Positions 1 to 10,235 of a DNA stretch of 64,000 bases are shown in pieces. The notes below the pieces were generated by a model. The model saw only the letters and a list, made by a program, of their open reading frames with translations, was not told the DNA's origin and did not search any database. Source of the stretch: Cryomorphaceae bacterium (GTDB lineage: Bacteria; Bacteroidota; Bacteroidia; Flavobacteriales; Schleiferiaceae); contig JAYQLJ010000006.1 in the NCBI GenBank assembly GCA_038143125.1, positions 73,557-137,556 on the forward strand. Direction: 5' to 3'. Position 1 is the stretch's first letter. Each line of letters opens with the position of its first letter. A program made the translations under genes and the position numbers.

Positions 1-1
1 T

Positions 2-121
2 TACGATCTCAACATGCGTGCGGGCTTGTATTTGTACAAAGGCTTGTTGACAAAACGCCATCTTGGAGAGCATTTTGACTTGCCTTTCTCAAACGATGCC
101 CTGTTATTTGGCAACCTCTAA
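2..121 (+). CDS. 3' end of a CDS entering from upstream of the window (last 39 codons); family uncertain, weak resemblance to alanine-dehydrogenase-like C-termini
   Basis: Frame open from window edge to TAA at 119-121 (YDLNMRAGLYLYKGLLTKRHLGEHFDLPFSNDALLFGNL*); absent from ORF track because no start lies in the window. Confidence 0.35.
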   Translation, partial: YDLNMRAGLYLYKGLLTKRHLGEHFDLPFSNDALLFGNL

Positions 122-145
122 TTGACCTAAAAATCCGAACCCGAC

Positions 146-463
146 ATGGCCTTTCTCAAGCGATTACTTTTTTACATTTTAGGAATAGGATTAGGCACTT
201 TGATCGTTTTGGCCTTCTTCGGTGAGCGCGATTTCGATTATGCATACGGTCCCAATGCCCGCGTTCGCAAGACCTTTAGGACAAAAGTGGTAGATTCTAC
301 ACAAATGAACTGGCCAGATTTGAACCTCGCAAAAGACAGCGCATATTTTCATGCGGTGGTGGAAGGCCGTGTGAAATTTGGGGAAAGTGAGCCGCGTAAA
401 GAGCCTTGCGGGAGCTACACCTCTACTTTTCATGGGAAGCACAACCCTACAGAATGGTTCTAG
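146..463 (+). CDS. hypothetical membrane-anchored protein (possibly DUF4258-like)
   Basis: Intact 105-aa ORF; N-terminal hydrophobic helix LLFYILGIGLGTLIVLAFF followed by GPNARV motif; family name is from memory only. Confidence 0.5.
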   Translation: MAFLKRLLFYILGIGLGTLIVLAFFGERDFDYAYGPNARVRKTFRTKVVDSTQMNWPDLNLAKDSAYFHAVVEGRVKFGESEPRKEPCGSYTSTFHGKHNPTEWF

Positions 464-512
464 AAAACTGTCCGGATACGGTTCACATTACGGAACTTAA
501 TAGGGTGAAGGA

Positions 513-1700
513 CTAACCGTTTTTTCTACGGTCCAATTCCTTCGTAATCAATCCCAATTCACGTCCTGTTTGTCCTTCCACTGAAGTATTCTCTTCGGCG
601 CGTCGAAACAAATACGGTAGCACATCCTTTACGGGCCCAAAAGGCAAGTACTTCGCCACGTTCAGTCCAGAATTCGCTGCATTGAATGAAATGTGATCGC
701 TCATTCCAAAGAGTTGCGCGACATAGACCTTTCGAGAGTCAAATGCGATGCCGTGTTTTTTCATCAGTGTTGCGGCAAGTGCAACGCTATCTTCATTGTG
801 CGTGCCCACTACCACCGCCATATGATCGATATGAGAAAGAATCCATTCTAATGCGGCATTGTAGTCGCGGTCAGTTGCTGCTTTGTTCGGTTGGATTGGA
901 TCCTGATAGCCTTTTGCTGTCGCTCTTTTGCGCTCTTTTTCCATGTAGGCTCCGCGCACAATTTTTACGCCATAAATAAAACCTTCGGCGGTAGCACGAG
1001 CGCAGGCCATTTTTAATTGGTCCAAACGGTCGTGACGGTAGAGCTGCGCGGTATTGTAAACGATGGGCGTTTCCTTATTGTAACGTGCCATGAAGCCAAA
1101 AGCAAGTTCATCCACTGCGGGCTGAATCCAACTTTCCTCCGCATCGATCATAACAGGCACATTCAATGTATGGGCCAATTCAAAAATCCGTTCCCATCGT
1201 TTCAAAACGCGCGACCAAGCTTCCGATTCTTTTTCGCTCAAATCTCTTCCAAGCGCTACTTTTTCATACCACTCGATGGCACCCACACCGGTCGGTTTAA
1301 AAACACCAAAGGGCACACCAGGATTATGCTGGGCAAATCGTATGGTCTCTAGGGTAGTTTCCAGAGTACGGTCAAAATCGGCTTCTTCCGCTTTTCCTTC
1401 TACGCTGTAATCTAAGATGGCTTGCACTTTTCCCTCAGCCAATCGATCAATTTGTGGCTGACATTCATCCACACTTTCACCTCCACAGAACTGTCTGAAG
1501 ACCGTAGCTTTTACGATCCCTTTGATGGGGAGCCTCAATCGAAGCGAGGCTAAAGTGAGTCCCTTTAGGGTCTGAACGACCTGAGGCGAGCTTAATGTGG
1601 CAAACAATAATTTGCTTTGGCGCAAATCATTTTTGGTCTTCATATTAAACGCGACCTCAGTATTGGCGAAATCGATCATGGTCTGTGAATTGGAATTCAA
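513..1700 (-). CDS. proline dehydrogenase family protein
   Basis: Intact 395-aa ORF with PRODH-type motifs (AILDYSVEGK, VKIVRGAYMEKER, VGTHNEDS, QLFGMSDHISF). Confidence 0.8.
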   Translation of the reverse strand: MNSNSQTMIDFANTEVAFNMKTKNDLRQSKLLFATLSSPQVVQTLKGLTLASLRLRLPIKGIVKATVFRQFCGGESVDECQPQIDRLAEGKVQAILDYSVEGKAEEADFDRTLETTLETIRFAQHNPGVPFGVFKPTGVGAIEWYEKVALGRDLSEKESEAWSRVLKRWERIFELAHTLNVPVMIDAEESWIQPAVDELAFGFMARYNKETPIVYNTAQLYRHDRLDQLKMACARATAEGFIYGVKIVRGAYMEKERKRATAKGYQDPIQPNKAATDRDYNAALEWILSHIDHMAVVVGTHNEDSVALAATLMKKHGIAFDSRKVYVAQLFGMSDHISFNAANSGLNVAKYLPFGPVKDVLPYLFRRAEENTSVEGQTGRELGLITKELDRRKNG

Positions 1701-1731
1701 ATATAGTGCTCAGAAACCGTACTTTTGAAGT

Positions 1732-2754
1732 GTGAAAACTTCTCATTCATATCCTTTTTTTGGTCCCAACGGTTACGACGGTTTGGATGCCTTACTTCAG
1801 GAATTGGCGCCTTCAAAGACGTTTCTTCTAGTAGACAGTAACACGGTGAATTGCCTTTCTGTTTTTGTGCCAAAATTGGCCCAATTGGATGCGGACTTTG
1901 AAGTCTTAGAGGTGCCGCCTGGCGAGGAAAGCAAATCGCTCGAAGTGGCCGCAAACCTATGGTCGGTACTTTTGGAATACGGCGCAGATCGGAACAGTCT
2001 CATCATCAATGTGGGCGGGGGAGTAGTTTGCGATTTAGGTGCTTTTATTGCCTCCACGTACAAGCGCGGCATTCCTTTTGTGAATGTTCCCACCTCACTT
2101 TTGGCGATGGTGGATGCATCGGTAGGAGGAAAGAACGGCATCAACTTTGAGGGTTTAAAGAACCAATTAGGCACCTTTACCAAACCCAACTTCGTCCTCA
2201 TTGATCCAGACTTTTTAGCCACTTTACCTCAAGAGGAGTGGGAGAGTGGTCATGCAGAAATGCTGAAACACGCCCTTCTTTCTGGCATTCGATGGTCGGA
2301 ATTATTGGCGCTCGAACCTGCGACACTCACCCTTCACGATATTGAGCAAAGCGTAGCTTTTAAAGCGGAAATCGTTAAGGAAGATTTTAAGGAAAACGGT
2401 AAAAGAAAAATCCTAAACTTAGGCCATACCACGGGTCATGCTTGGGAAAGTTATGCAGCAGTCAGCGGTAATCCATGCACACACGGCGCAGCGGTAATTC
2501 AGGGTTTGCATGTCGCTTTAATGCTCAGCGGTTTACAGGACGAGCAAAGTGCACTGGCCCAAAGGTATCCCTGGCAAGGGGTAGCGGAGGAAGCCTTGCA
2601 GCCATTGTGGGAGCGTCAACTTCAGGATAAGAAAAACACCCACGGTGAAGTGCGTTATGTGCTCTTAGAACATTTAGGCCGTCCAGTCTGGGACATTGAA
2701 ATTACCTTCGAGCGATGGACTGCGGCTGTATTGGCTTTGAATAGTGCATCCTAG
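1732..2754 (+). CDS. aroB: 3-dehydroquinate synthase
   Basis: Intact 340-aa ORF; GGGVVCDLGAFIASTYKRGIPFVNVPTSLLAMVDASVGGKNGINF and LGHTTGHAWE metal-site motif. Confidence 0.85.
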   Translation: MKTSHSYPFFGPNGYDGLDALLQELAPSKTFLLVDSNTVNCLSVFVPKLAQLDADFEVLEVPPGEESKSLEVAANLWSVLLEYGADRNSLIINVGGGVVCDLGAFIASTYKRGIPFVNVPTSLLAMVDASVGGKNGINFEGLKNQLGTFTKPNFVLIDPDFLATLPQEEWESGHAEMLKHALLSGIRWSELLALEPATLTLHDIEQSVAFKAEIVKEDFKENGKRKILNLGHTTGHAWESYAAVSGNPCTHGAAVIQGLHVALMLSGLQDEQSALAQRYPWQGVAEEALQPLWERQLQDKKNTHGEVRYVLLEHLGRPVWDIEITFERWTAAVLALNSAS

Positions 2755-3965
2755 CATGGAAATGAAGCTCCCGAAAATCACCCGGCCCATTCAAGCTGAA
2801 TTTGAATTACCACTCAGTAAGAGTATGGCAAATCGCGGTTTATTACTAGCCGCCTTATATCCGGAAATTACACTTACAGGAATCAGTACGGCTAAAGATT
2901 CTGTGTTTCTAAGACAAACGTTGGATGCGTATGCGCATGGCGAAGTACATGTAGGTGCTGGCGGAACAACTTTGCGCTTTGCCACCGCCTACTGGGCAAC
3001 ACGTGAAGGATCGTCCATCACCTTAAACGGAACTCCGGAATTGAACCAACGTGCCATCGCACTTTTTGGTGGATGCGTTGAATGCCCTGGGAGGAGCAAT
3101 TACCTATGCCAACACCCCTAACCAGGCGCCCTTGCATATTCAAGGCACAAAACTTCGGGGCGGTTCGCTGCATTTGGGGCATGTGAAAAGCTCACAATTT
3201 GTGACTGCCTTAATGCTTATTGCACCAACCATGCGTGATGGATTGCAATTGGAATGGGACAGCGTAGTTTCACAACCCTATCTAGTGATGACTGCTGCCC
3301 TACTTCGAAGTGCTGGAATTCCCGTCACTTTGACGAAACACGGGGCAACCATACCATACGTCGAATCTGTCGATCCTGTTCAATTAGTGATCGAACGCGA
3401 CTGGTCTGCTGTCGCTTTTGGTGTGAGGTACTCGCCTTAAGCGAAGGGGAGAGCTCACCTTTCCCGGATTTATAGATTCAAGCAATCAAGGCGACTCCAA
3501 AGTGGTTCACTATTTCGAGCCGCTTGGCATTGCCCATCGATTCACCGATCAGGGCCTCGTTCTTTCAAAAAAGTCCGTACTCACCCCAGGTCACCTCCAT
3601 TATAATTTACAGGGTGAGCCCGATCTGGCACAGCCATTAATTATGACCTTGCTGCTCAAAAGATTCCTTTTGAAGTTCACGGTTTGGAGACGCTCCGCGG
3701 TAAGGAATGCGATCGAATTACTGCTATTGCTGAGGTTGCAGCTGCCTTAGGAATTCAACTCAGTACGGGTGAAGCGCATATTAAATGCACCAGTTATCCA
3801 GCGGAGTTTACCCCACCGACAGCGCCGTTGGATACGCGCAATGACCATCGTGTTGCAATGTCATTGGCGCCATTAGCGATCGTATTTCCAATTACGATTC
3901 TGCAACCTTCTGTAGTTGAAAAAAGCTATCCTGATTTTTGGCGCCATTGGACGCAATTGATCTAA
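2744..3965 (+). CDS. aroA: 3-phosphoshikimate 1-carboxyvinyltransferase (EPSP synthase), frame broken into four pieces
   Basis: Track ORFs 2744-3121, 3051-3440, 3502-3750 and 3684-3965 chain into one EPSP synthase (LPLSKSMANRGLLLAAL, GGTTLRFATAYWA, KSSQFVTALMLIAP, ECDRITAI, DHRVAMSLAPLA); directly follows aroB; at least 3 frame changes. Confidence 0.8.
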
Positions 3966-5319
3966 AGCAGTCGCGTACCGCCATTCCATACTAAAGCCCT
4001 CTTTAAACTGTTCGGTAAAATCGTAGGAAAGGCTCGTACTCCATTTGCCTGTATTGGCTTTGAAATGGTATCCAAAAAAATCGTCATATACACTTTTAGC
4101 ACCGATAAAACCAGTGGCGACGGGCACGGATAGCCATATTGGGGCTGTTTCCGCATGCACCCAGCCCACAGCGCTTTGAAGTTGCCAATCTCCAATGCTT
4201 TTAGAGGAACGTATCGAACCGCCGTACGTCCCATCGTGGAAGTGCAAATCCACAGCGCGGTGCTCCCAGGGTAAGCTCAATCGGTGACGCAGGGTGCCTT
4301 CATCTGAAGCTACACATTGATAGCGTAAAAATTCACCTTGCCAATTCCCTTTAAACCGACCCTCAAACAACTGCAAGGACCATTGTCCTCGGGAATCCCG
4401 CCATTGCATACTTAGGGCAGTATGCAACCGCTCTTCTTTTCGGTGCAGATAGCTCTCAAACAGTAAGTCGTCTCGCCACCAATTCCACCCCAAGGCTTGT
4501 TCCTTTGTCGTAAACTCTCCAAACCAACGATGCGACTTCCACTGCCTTTTAAAATAGACGGTACCCGCTCCATGTATCTGGCCGAAACCTAAGGTGCACT
4601 CGTGTCCCGTATATTCCAACGCACCGCCCATACCTGTGCCTTCATCGAGGCTGATATATATGCGACCACTTCGGTATTGGCTGCACGCACCCATTCCATT
4701 CCTACGCGTTCCGTAGCTACTTACAGTCCCTCTTAATCCTTGTGAAAACTGCTCGCGAGTACTACTCGACCCAAAGCCATTGCTTCCGCTCAGCAAGCCT
4801 TCTCCTAGAACTAAGGTATGCTGACCCATAATCCATTTCGAGGTAACGGCGCCTTTTTGTTTTATTCCGAAAAACGCCAAAGGTTCAGACGATGCGAAGG
4901 GTCCGTTTGCTGCGTTCAACACTTTTGATCCGCCCCATTCAAAGTGGTCGTGATTACCGGTGCACTGTATTTTCATTCGAAGTCCGCCACGAAGTCGTCC
5001 ACTGTAGGTTAATTGACTCTTATTTCTTTTCGGTCGTTCGCGTGAAAAGGCCAAGACCTCCGCTAGATCTTGAATTTCCTGTTTCGATAATCCTGGTAAC
5101 CCAACGAGCTCTATAGGATCCATAATGTGGCCCATGTATTCCCTATATTCAACAATGGCATATACCGCTTCCTTGCTCAAACCGAACCATTGCCACAGGT
5201 ATTCCGGTGGACAATTATTAATGGTCAATGTATCCAGTACAGTAGACCTTGCAGGCGTCCATTCTTCTAAAAAGGACTGACCGCAAAGTATATTGCAACA
5301 GCACAGATACCACCACCAT
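3873..5319 (-). CDS. helix-hairpin-helix (ComEA-like) domain protein with a large Trp/Gly-rich C-terminal region; frame break near 5' end
   Basis: ATG at 5317-5319 gives MVVVSVLLQYTLRSVL, which joins the long track ORF (LEEWTPARST...) across the run at 5269-5273; ComEA-like signature AVYAIVEYREYMGHIMDPIELVGLPGLSKQEIQDL; the rest is rich in W/G/Y/F, beta-barrel-like; 3' end overlaps aroA by about 90 nt, so a further 3' frame break is possible. Confidence 0.5.
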
Positions 5320-5320
5320 T

Positions 5321-5953
5321 TCACGGTGTATAGCTGAAAGTGGCAGGACCAAGCAGCTGCGTATTTCCGATAACCACGCTTACCGTATAGTGGTCTTTTA
5401 AATAACTGCATCCCATTGCGGAATAGGCACCTTGTTGCACCCAAAACACCCCAATTTCGTTACGTACATAACTTACTTGAGCGTAGAGTGCAGCCGGCAA
5501 AAGGTCGTCTCGACACCATCCAGCAGCCACGGACCATTCTTTGGATATGAAATAATAGTGTTCCGCGCGTGCAATGAATTGTCCCCGGTCATATCCCGCA
5601 GTTACGCGTAAAATACGCTGTTCATCCGGCTCATAGGAAGCGACCGTATGAACAACAGGGTCAAAGTAGTAGGTGAGGTTTTGAAGTGCCGTGTACCTCA
5701 AGCCCAAACTGCTTTCCAGTGTAAGGTTTTCAGTGAATGAAATAGGTGTGCCTAGGAGTAGGCTGTATTGCGAGTAGGCATCTAGATGGGCGATGTCAAT
5801 AATCGCTTTGCCCTTGTCGTGAAAGATGCCCGCAGTAGCACCGTGTTGTGGAAGACCAAAGCTGCGCAGTGCCAAATGCGTCTGGGGTTCGCACGGCCAA
5901 AACTGTAGCGGTGTGTAGATGAGGTAATAATAGAGGGCAATATTGGTGAGCAT
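5321..5953 (-). CDS. hypothetical beta-strand-rich protein (N-terminus may be incomplete)
   Basis: 210-aa ORF whose stop at 5321-5323 lies just upstream of the next ATG, so I treat it as a separate gene rather than the N-terminus of 3873-5319; no clear signal peptide; no family recognised. Confidence 0.4.
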   Translation of the reverse strand: MLTNIALYYYLIYTPLQFWPCEPQTHLALRSFGLPQHGATAGIFHDKGKAIIDIAHLDAYSQYSLLLGTPISFTENLTLESSLGLRYTALQNLTYYFDPVVHTVASYEPDEQRILRVTAGYDRGQFIARAEHYYFISKEWSVAAGWCRDDLLPAALYAQVSYVRNEIGVFWVQQGAYSAMGCSYLKDHYTVSVVIGNTQLLGPATFSYTP

Positions 5954-6033
5954 CGTTGGGCGCGTTTCCCAATAAGATGCTATGTCTTGCCAATAAAATC
6001 AACCTTTGTCAGCAACTAAAAGTTGTGAACGTC

Positions 6034-6483
6034 TCAATAATAATTGACCAATTTTATTCTGAAAACAAGAGGCGCGTGATCAGGAACAGTGCTTGCACCT
6101 TTCTTTCCGTAGCCCAAGCTAGAAGGGAAAGCGACAACAACGGTTCCGCCTTCTCCCGGGATTTTCAATCCTTCTTGAAAACCTCGAACAAAAACAGTCA
6201 TCGGCATATGATTGGAGGCAAACCAACCGTTCGAAAAAATAGTGCTATCGAGTAAATACCCAACGTGCTTGAAACTGACGTCATTCGTGCTATCCGGTAT
6301 ACGATTCACATTTCCAGTATCCACGATGTGATAAAATAAGCCGGATGGAGTTTGGGTAAAATCGAGCCCGGTGGTAGCAACATATGCTTCGATTTCCGCG
6401 ATCTCACGGTTGAATCGCGCTTCTTCTGTGGTACAAGCCACAAAAAGAATGAGCATTAGCAGGAATGGAAGTGCTTTTTTCAT
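6034..6483 (-). CDS. FKBP-type peptidyl-prolyl cis-trans isomerase, lipoprotein
   Basis: Intact 149-aa ORF; lipobox LILFVAC; FKBP motifs FQEGLKIPGEGGTVVVAFPSSLGYGKKG and PLVFRIKLV. Confidence 0.8.
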   Translation of the reverse strand: MKKALPFLLMLILFVACTTEEARFNREIAEIEAYVATTGLDFTQTPSGLFYHIVDTGNVNRIPDSTNDVSFKHVGYLLDSTIFSNGWFASNHMPMTVFVRGFQEGLKIPGEGGTVVVAFPSSLGYGKKGASTVPDHAPLVFRIKLVNYY

Positions 6484-6492
6484 GAGGCGAAT

Positions 6493-7391
6493 TTACGTAA
6501 ATGATTTTTCAATGAGTTCCAATTTATGCGTTTGAATATGTTTCAAGAATGCTTTTGCAACTGGCGAAAATCGTTTGTTTTTTAACCATGCGAGCCGCCA
6601 GGTAGTGGTAATAGGCAAGCCCTTCGTAGGTATGATTTGTAAAATGCCTTCGTTGAGCTCGTTTCTGATGCCTATGATCGGCATGACAGATATACCAAGT
6701 CCGGCAATAACAGACTGTTTAACAGCTTCATTGGAGGTAAGACTCATGTTCTTCCTAGGGATAAGGGCGAGTTCTCGCATGAACTTTTCCATGGCTTGAC
6801 GGGTGGCGGAGCCCTCCTCTCGAAGTAAAAAAAGAAAATCGGTAAATCCCTTCTTCTTGATGATTTGAGCATTTTCTGTATTACTCACGAGAACCAATTC
6901 ATTGTCCATCAGCGCCTCGGTTTCCAAAGCAATACTGGTTGGCATGACGGATAAAAGTGCAAAGTCATTCGAATTACTTTCAAGGCTTTCGATGACAGCG
7001 CTTTTGTTGGTCACATCTAACTTAATATCAACGGACGGATGATCATCTAAAAAGGTTTTGAGCAAGAAAGGCATCACATATTTACCGGTACTTACACAAG
7101 AGATATTTAATGTGCCACTAAGCTGCCGTTCATCGAAGCGGTCCAATTGTTCTAAAGATTCACTTCGTTTAAAATCCGCTCACATTTTTGATGTACATCC
7201 TTGCCCAGATCCGTCAAAACGAATTTTTTGCCTTGGTATTGAATCAAGGGATGCTCAAATTGATCTGAAAAAGTTTTGAATTGAATGGAGACTGCCGGTT
7301 GGCTGAGGTGAAGCATTGCGGCGGCTTTAGTAAAGCTGAGGCAGTTTGCTATTGCATGATAAACCTCTAATTGACGCAAAGTATACTTCAT
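6493..7391 (-). CDS. LysR family transcriptional regulator, frame broken between HTH and effector domains
   Basis: 7152-7391 encodes the LysR wHTH (LRQLEVYHAIANCLSFTKAAAMLHLSQPAVSIQFKTF); 6493-7146 encodes the substrate-binding domain; the two ORFs are in different frames. Confidence 0.75.
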
Positions 7392-7473
7392 AATATTTCC
7401 TAATGGTAAGTATCAATAAAATAAATAAAAACAAATGAATAATAAGCTTCATTTTTGAACAAATGTTAAGCAC

Positions 7474-7752
7474 ATGACTCCTATTAAACTCATTGACAGT
7501 AACTACTCTGGCGAAGAAGCCTTGGCGGTAATTCACGAATTAATCTCTGAGAAAATAAATTTCTTAGATCGTAAAATGTTTAGCAATGCGGAACGTGGTC
7601 TTCCATTCGAGCATTTCAAATCACGCCGGGATGAATTGAATCGCATTCGCGAAGGACTGAAAGCAGTTACTCCGTTCAATGAGGACGAATCCTACAATAT
7701 CTCTTGCGAAATTGTAGTTAATAAGGTCGCAGAAAAAAAGACGATTGCCTAA
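7474..7752 (+). CDS. hypothetical protein
   Basis: Intact 92-aa ORF divergent from the LysR gene; no recognisable motif. Confidence 0.4.
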   Translation: MTPIKLIDSNYSGEEALAVIHELISEKINFLDRKMFSNAERGLPFEHFKSRRDELNRIREGLKAVTPFNEDESYNISCEIVVNKVAEKKTIA

Positions 7753-7820
7753 TTCTCTCTTGTTTTCACTTTGTGTCAAAAGGCACTAAAGAATCAGAAT
7801 CCTTTCGCTAACATTGTGTT

Positions 7821-9759
7821 ATGAAAGGATTCTTTTTTTCCATTGGCGTTTTATTCGCAGCTTCTTTACAGGCTCAAATTATTCAGCGTTCTCAGGGCTT
7901 TCCTGCAGACCCTGTAACTGCGCTTTCGTGGTGCGAGGATACGCTCTACATCGGGACGCAGGGTTCTGGTGTTTTTGTTTTGGTAGAACAGCGTATTTCG
8001 CCGTCTCGCCGATTTAATGAATTTTCGAGATCCGTCGTATACGATTTCGAAAATTGCGAACCGGTGACCAGTGGCACCTTGCAAGCCTATCCTATATCCG
8101 TTACTTCACCAGATGGAACCACCTACACTGCTGAAGATGGATTTTTACGTATTGAGTTCACCGATGAAGGGACTAGAATAGACGAACGGCCCTCAGGTAT
8201 CTGGCATTTCCCGGACCTGCAAATGGCTCCCTATGATACCGGTCTTACTTTTATTCGGAACGGATCGGAGCTCAGTGCCTATGCTCAAAATGATTTGATT
8301 GATGTATTTGTTGCAAAAGGGCTGATTTTTGACGTGGCATCGACGCCTTTCGGCCTGCTTTTAAGTACAGAGGCGGGATTATACCGCTGGGAAAAAGGCT
8401 GGCAACTGCGCTACGAAGGCCTACCCATTTTGCTTTTGATGGACCCAGTGTTCGCACCCCCTGGGTGTTATTGCGTTGGAAAAATTATTAGACAGTAACT
8501 GGGCGATGGATGATTTTTCCACTCCGTCTGATCGCACTCCTGCGCCTGAACCCTACTTTGACGTAGATACTATTGGCAACACGTATTATGGTTTTGGACC
8601 AAATGGGCTCGAAGTCTTTGATAGCACCGGAGCACTATATAGTATTACTTCCGCTCGAGGATTACCGGCCATGGGTCCGGGCAGTTATGATGTGGCGCTC
8701 AATAATGGAAATTTATTCGTTGCAACCCCAAAGGGATTATGGACGTTCCTTAATGAAGGTAAGCCTAACGATTTACGCGACATTGGGATGCTTTTTTGGC
8801 AAAATGGACTGCGAATTGATTCTTTTGAGGATCTCGATATCGCCCCAACAACCATTGGATTTACCGTCCTACAGCGGAAGGTATCTGCCAGTGAAGTTTA
8901 TGGTAGATACCGTCTAAATGCGGGAGCATGGGAATCTTTTTCTATAGGTGAACGTGTGATCATGGAGCGTCCAGCGCCACTAAATTATACCCTCGAAATT
9001 CAAACCAGTACGCGTTTAGATTTTGCTCAGGGAATGAATGCTGAATATGCATTCACAGTGCGCGCACCTTGGTACAAACGAATTTGGCCTTGGGTGGCTA
9101 TTGTTTTGGGTGCCGCATCCATTTTAGTATTGCGTCAGCGAAAGACTAAAAATCGCTTGGAAGAACGGTTGCAGTTACAAGAACGCTTGGCGGATGCGGA
9201 ATTGGCCAGCAAGCGCCTGCAAATGAATCCCCATTTTTTATTCAATGCGCTCGATGCGATTTCGAATTTCATCTTTAAAAATGAGCCGAAGGATGCAGTG
9301 AAGTACATGGGAAAATTGGCGATAATGATGCGATTGACGCTCGATAGTTCTCGAAGTGAAGCGATGGTATTGGCAGATGAAATGGAGCTGATCAATCAAT
9401 ATTTAGACCTCTGTAAATTGCGATATGGGAATTTTGAAGTGCAGTGGAAAGTGGATGAAGAACTAGATACCTTCGATCATTACGTTCCACCGATGTTGTT
9501 GCAGCCTATTGTTGAAAATGCGGTGCAACACGCCTTAAGACCGGTTATGGCAATGGAACAAGAGGCCGTACTGCGCATTCGAATCATTTTAAATGAAAAC
9601 AGGCTTTGTATTTCAGTTGAAGATAATGGCCCCGGTATGCCGACGGAACTCACGTCCTCTGGTAGTCATGGGTTATCCATCATTGGGGAACGACTGGATT
9701 TATTAAGTAGGAAGCACGGTCAAACTTTTGAAAAACGCATTGAACCGCTTGCCGTTTAG
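7821..9759 (+). CDS. sensor histidine kinase (LytS/YehU-type His_kinase + HATPase) with periplasmic propeller/Y_Y_Y-like region; one frame break
   Basis: 7821-8498 (signal peptide, GLYRW-type repeats) and 8476-9759 are in different frames; second part has juxtamembrane APWYKRIWPWVAIVLGAASILVL, then LQMNPHFLFNALDAISNFI (PF06580-type) and ENAVQHA..DNGPGM ATPase motifs. Confidence 0.75.
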
Positions 9760-9781
9760 TCAGTCACCTTAAACGATTGTA

Positions 9782-10234
9782 ATGCCCTGGAGGTATGCAT
9801 TTCTTCACTTCTTTGGCAGCCTAATTTTGGGCAGCGTCGTGATGACATTTTTGTCCTTTGTATTGATCAACGTTTACCAACAGACGCTTCATTTTGACGG
9901 TCTCGGCTTGGTCTTCCTCTTAAGCATGCTGTATTCTTTCTTCCTGAGTATTCCTGGGGTGGGACACTTGAATCTTTATTACAGCAGAAATTTTCAAAGT
10001 GAGAACTTTGAGGTCTTCTGGAACCAATTCAAAAGACGATACCTCCTAACACTTCTTGTCCACGTGGTAGGACTGCTAGTACTTATTCTAGCTGTTTTCG
10101 GATTTAGTTACCCGGCATTCACACTTACGAATGCGCTTACAGTACTTCCTTGGATATTGATGATGATATTTAGCTACGGCCTAAGTGGATGGCTCATTTT
10201 GTGCGCGCTCAAAGACAAACTACGCTCGGCTTAG
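9782..10234 (+). CDS. hypothetical integral membrane protein (about 4 TM helices)
   Basis: Intact 150-aa hydrophobic ORF 23 nt downstream of the kinase gene; not a response regulator. Confidence 0.5.
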   Translation: MPWRYAFLHFFGSLILGSVVMTFLSFVLINVYQQTLHFDGLGLVFLLSMLYSFFLSIPGVGHLNLYYSRNFQSENFEVFWNQFKRRYLLTLLVHVVGLLVLILAVFGFSYPAFTLTNALTVLPWILMMIFSYGLSGWLILCALKDKLRSA

Positions 10235-10235
10235 C

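Noticed and set aside
191-442. Antisense or overlapping 'shadow' ORFs throughout the track (e.g. 191-442, 686-979, 1017-1352, 11446-11676, 26993-27433, 38211-38573, 59832-60167, 63319-63726)
   Set aside because: Each lies inside a longer ORF on the other strand or frame that has clear family motifs, and their translations are low-complexity or Cys/Arg/Ser-rich. They are treated as non-coding.
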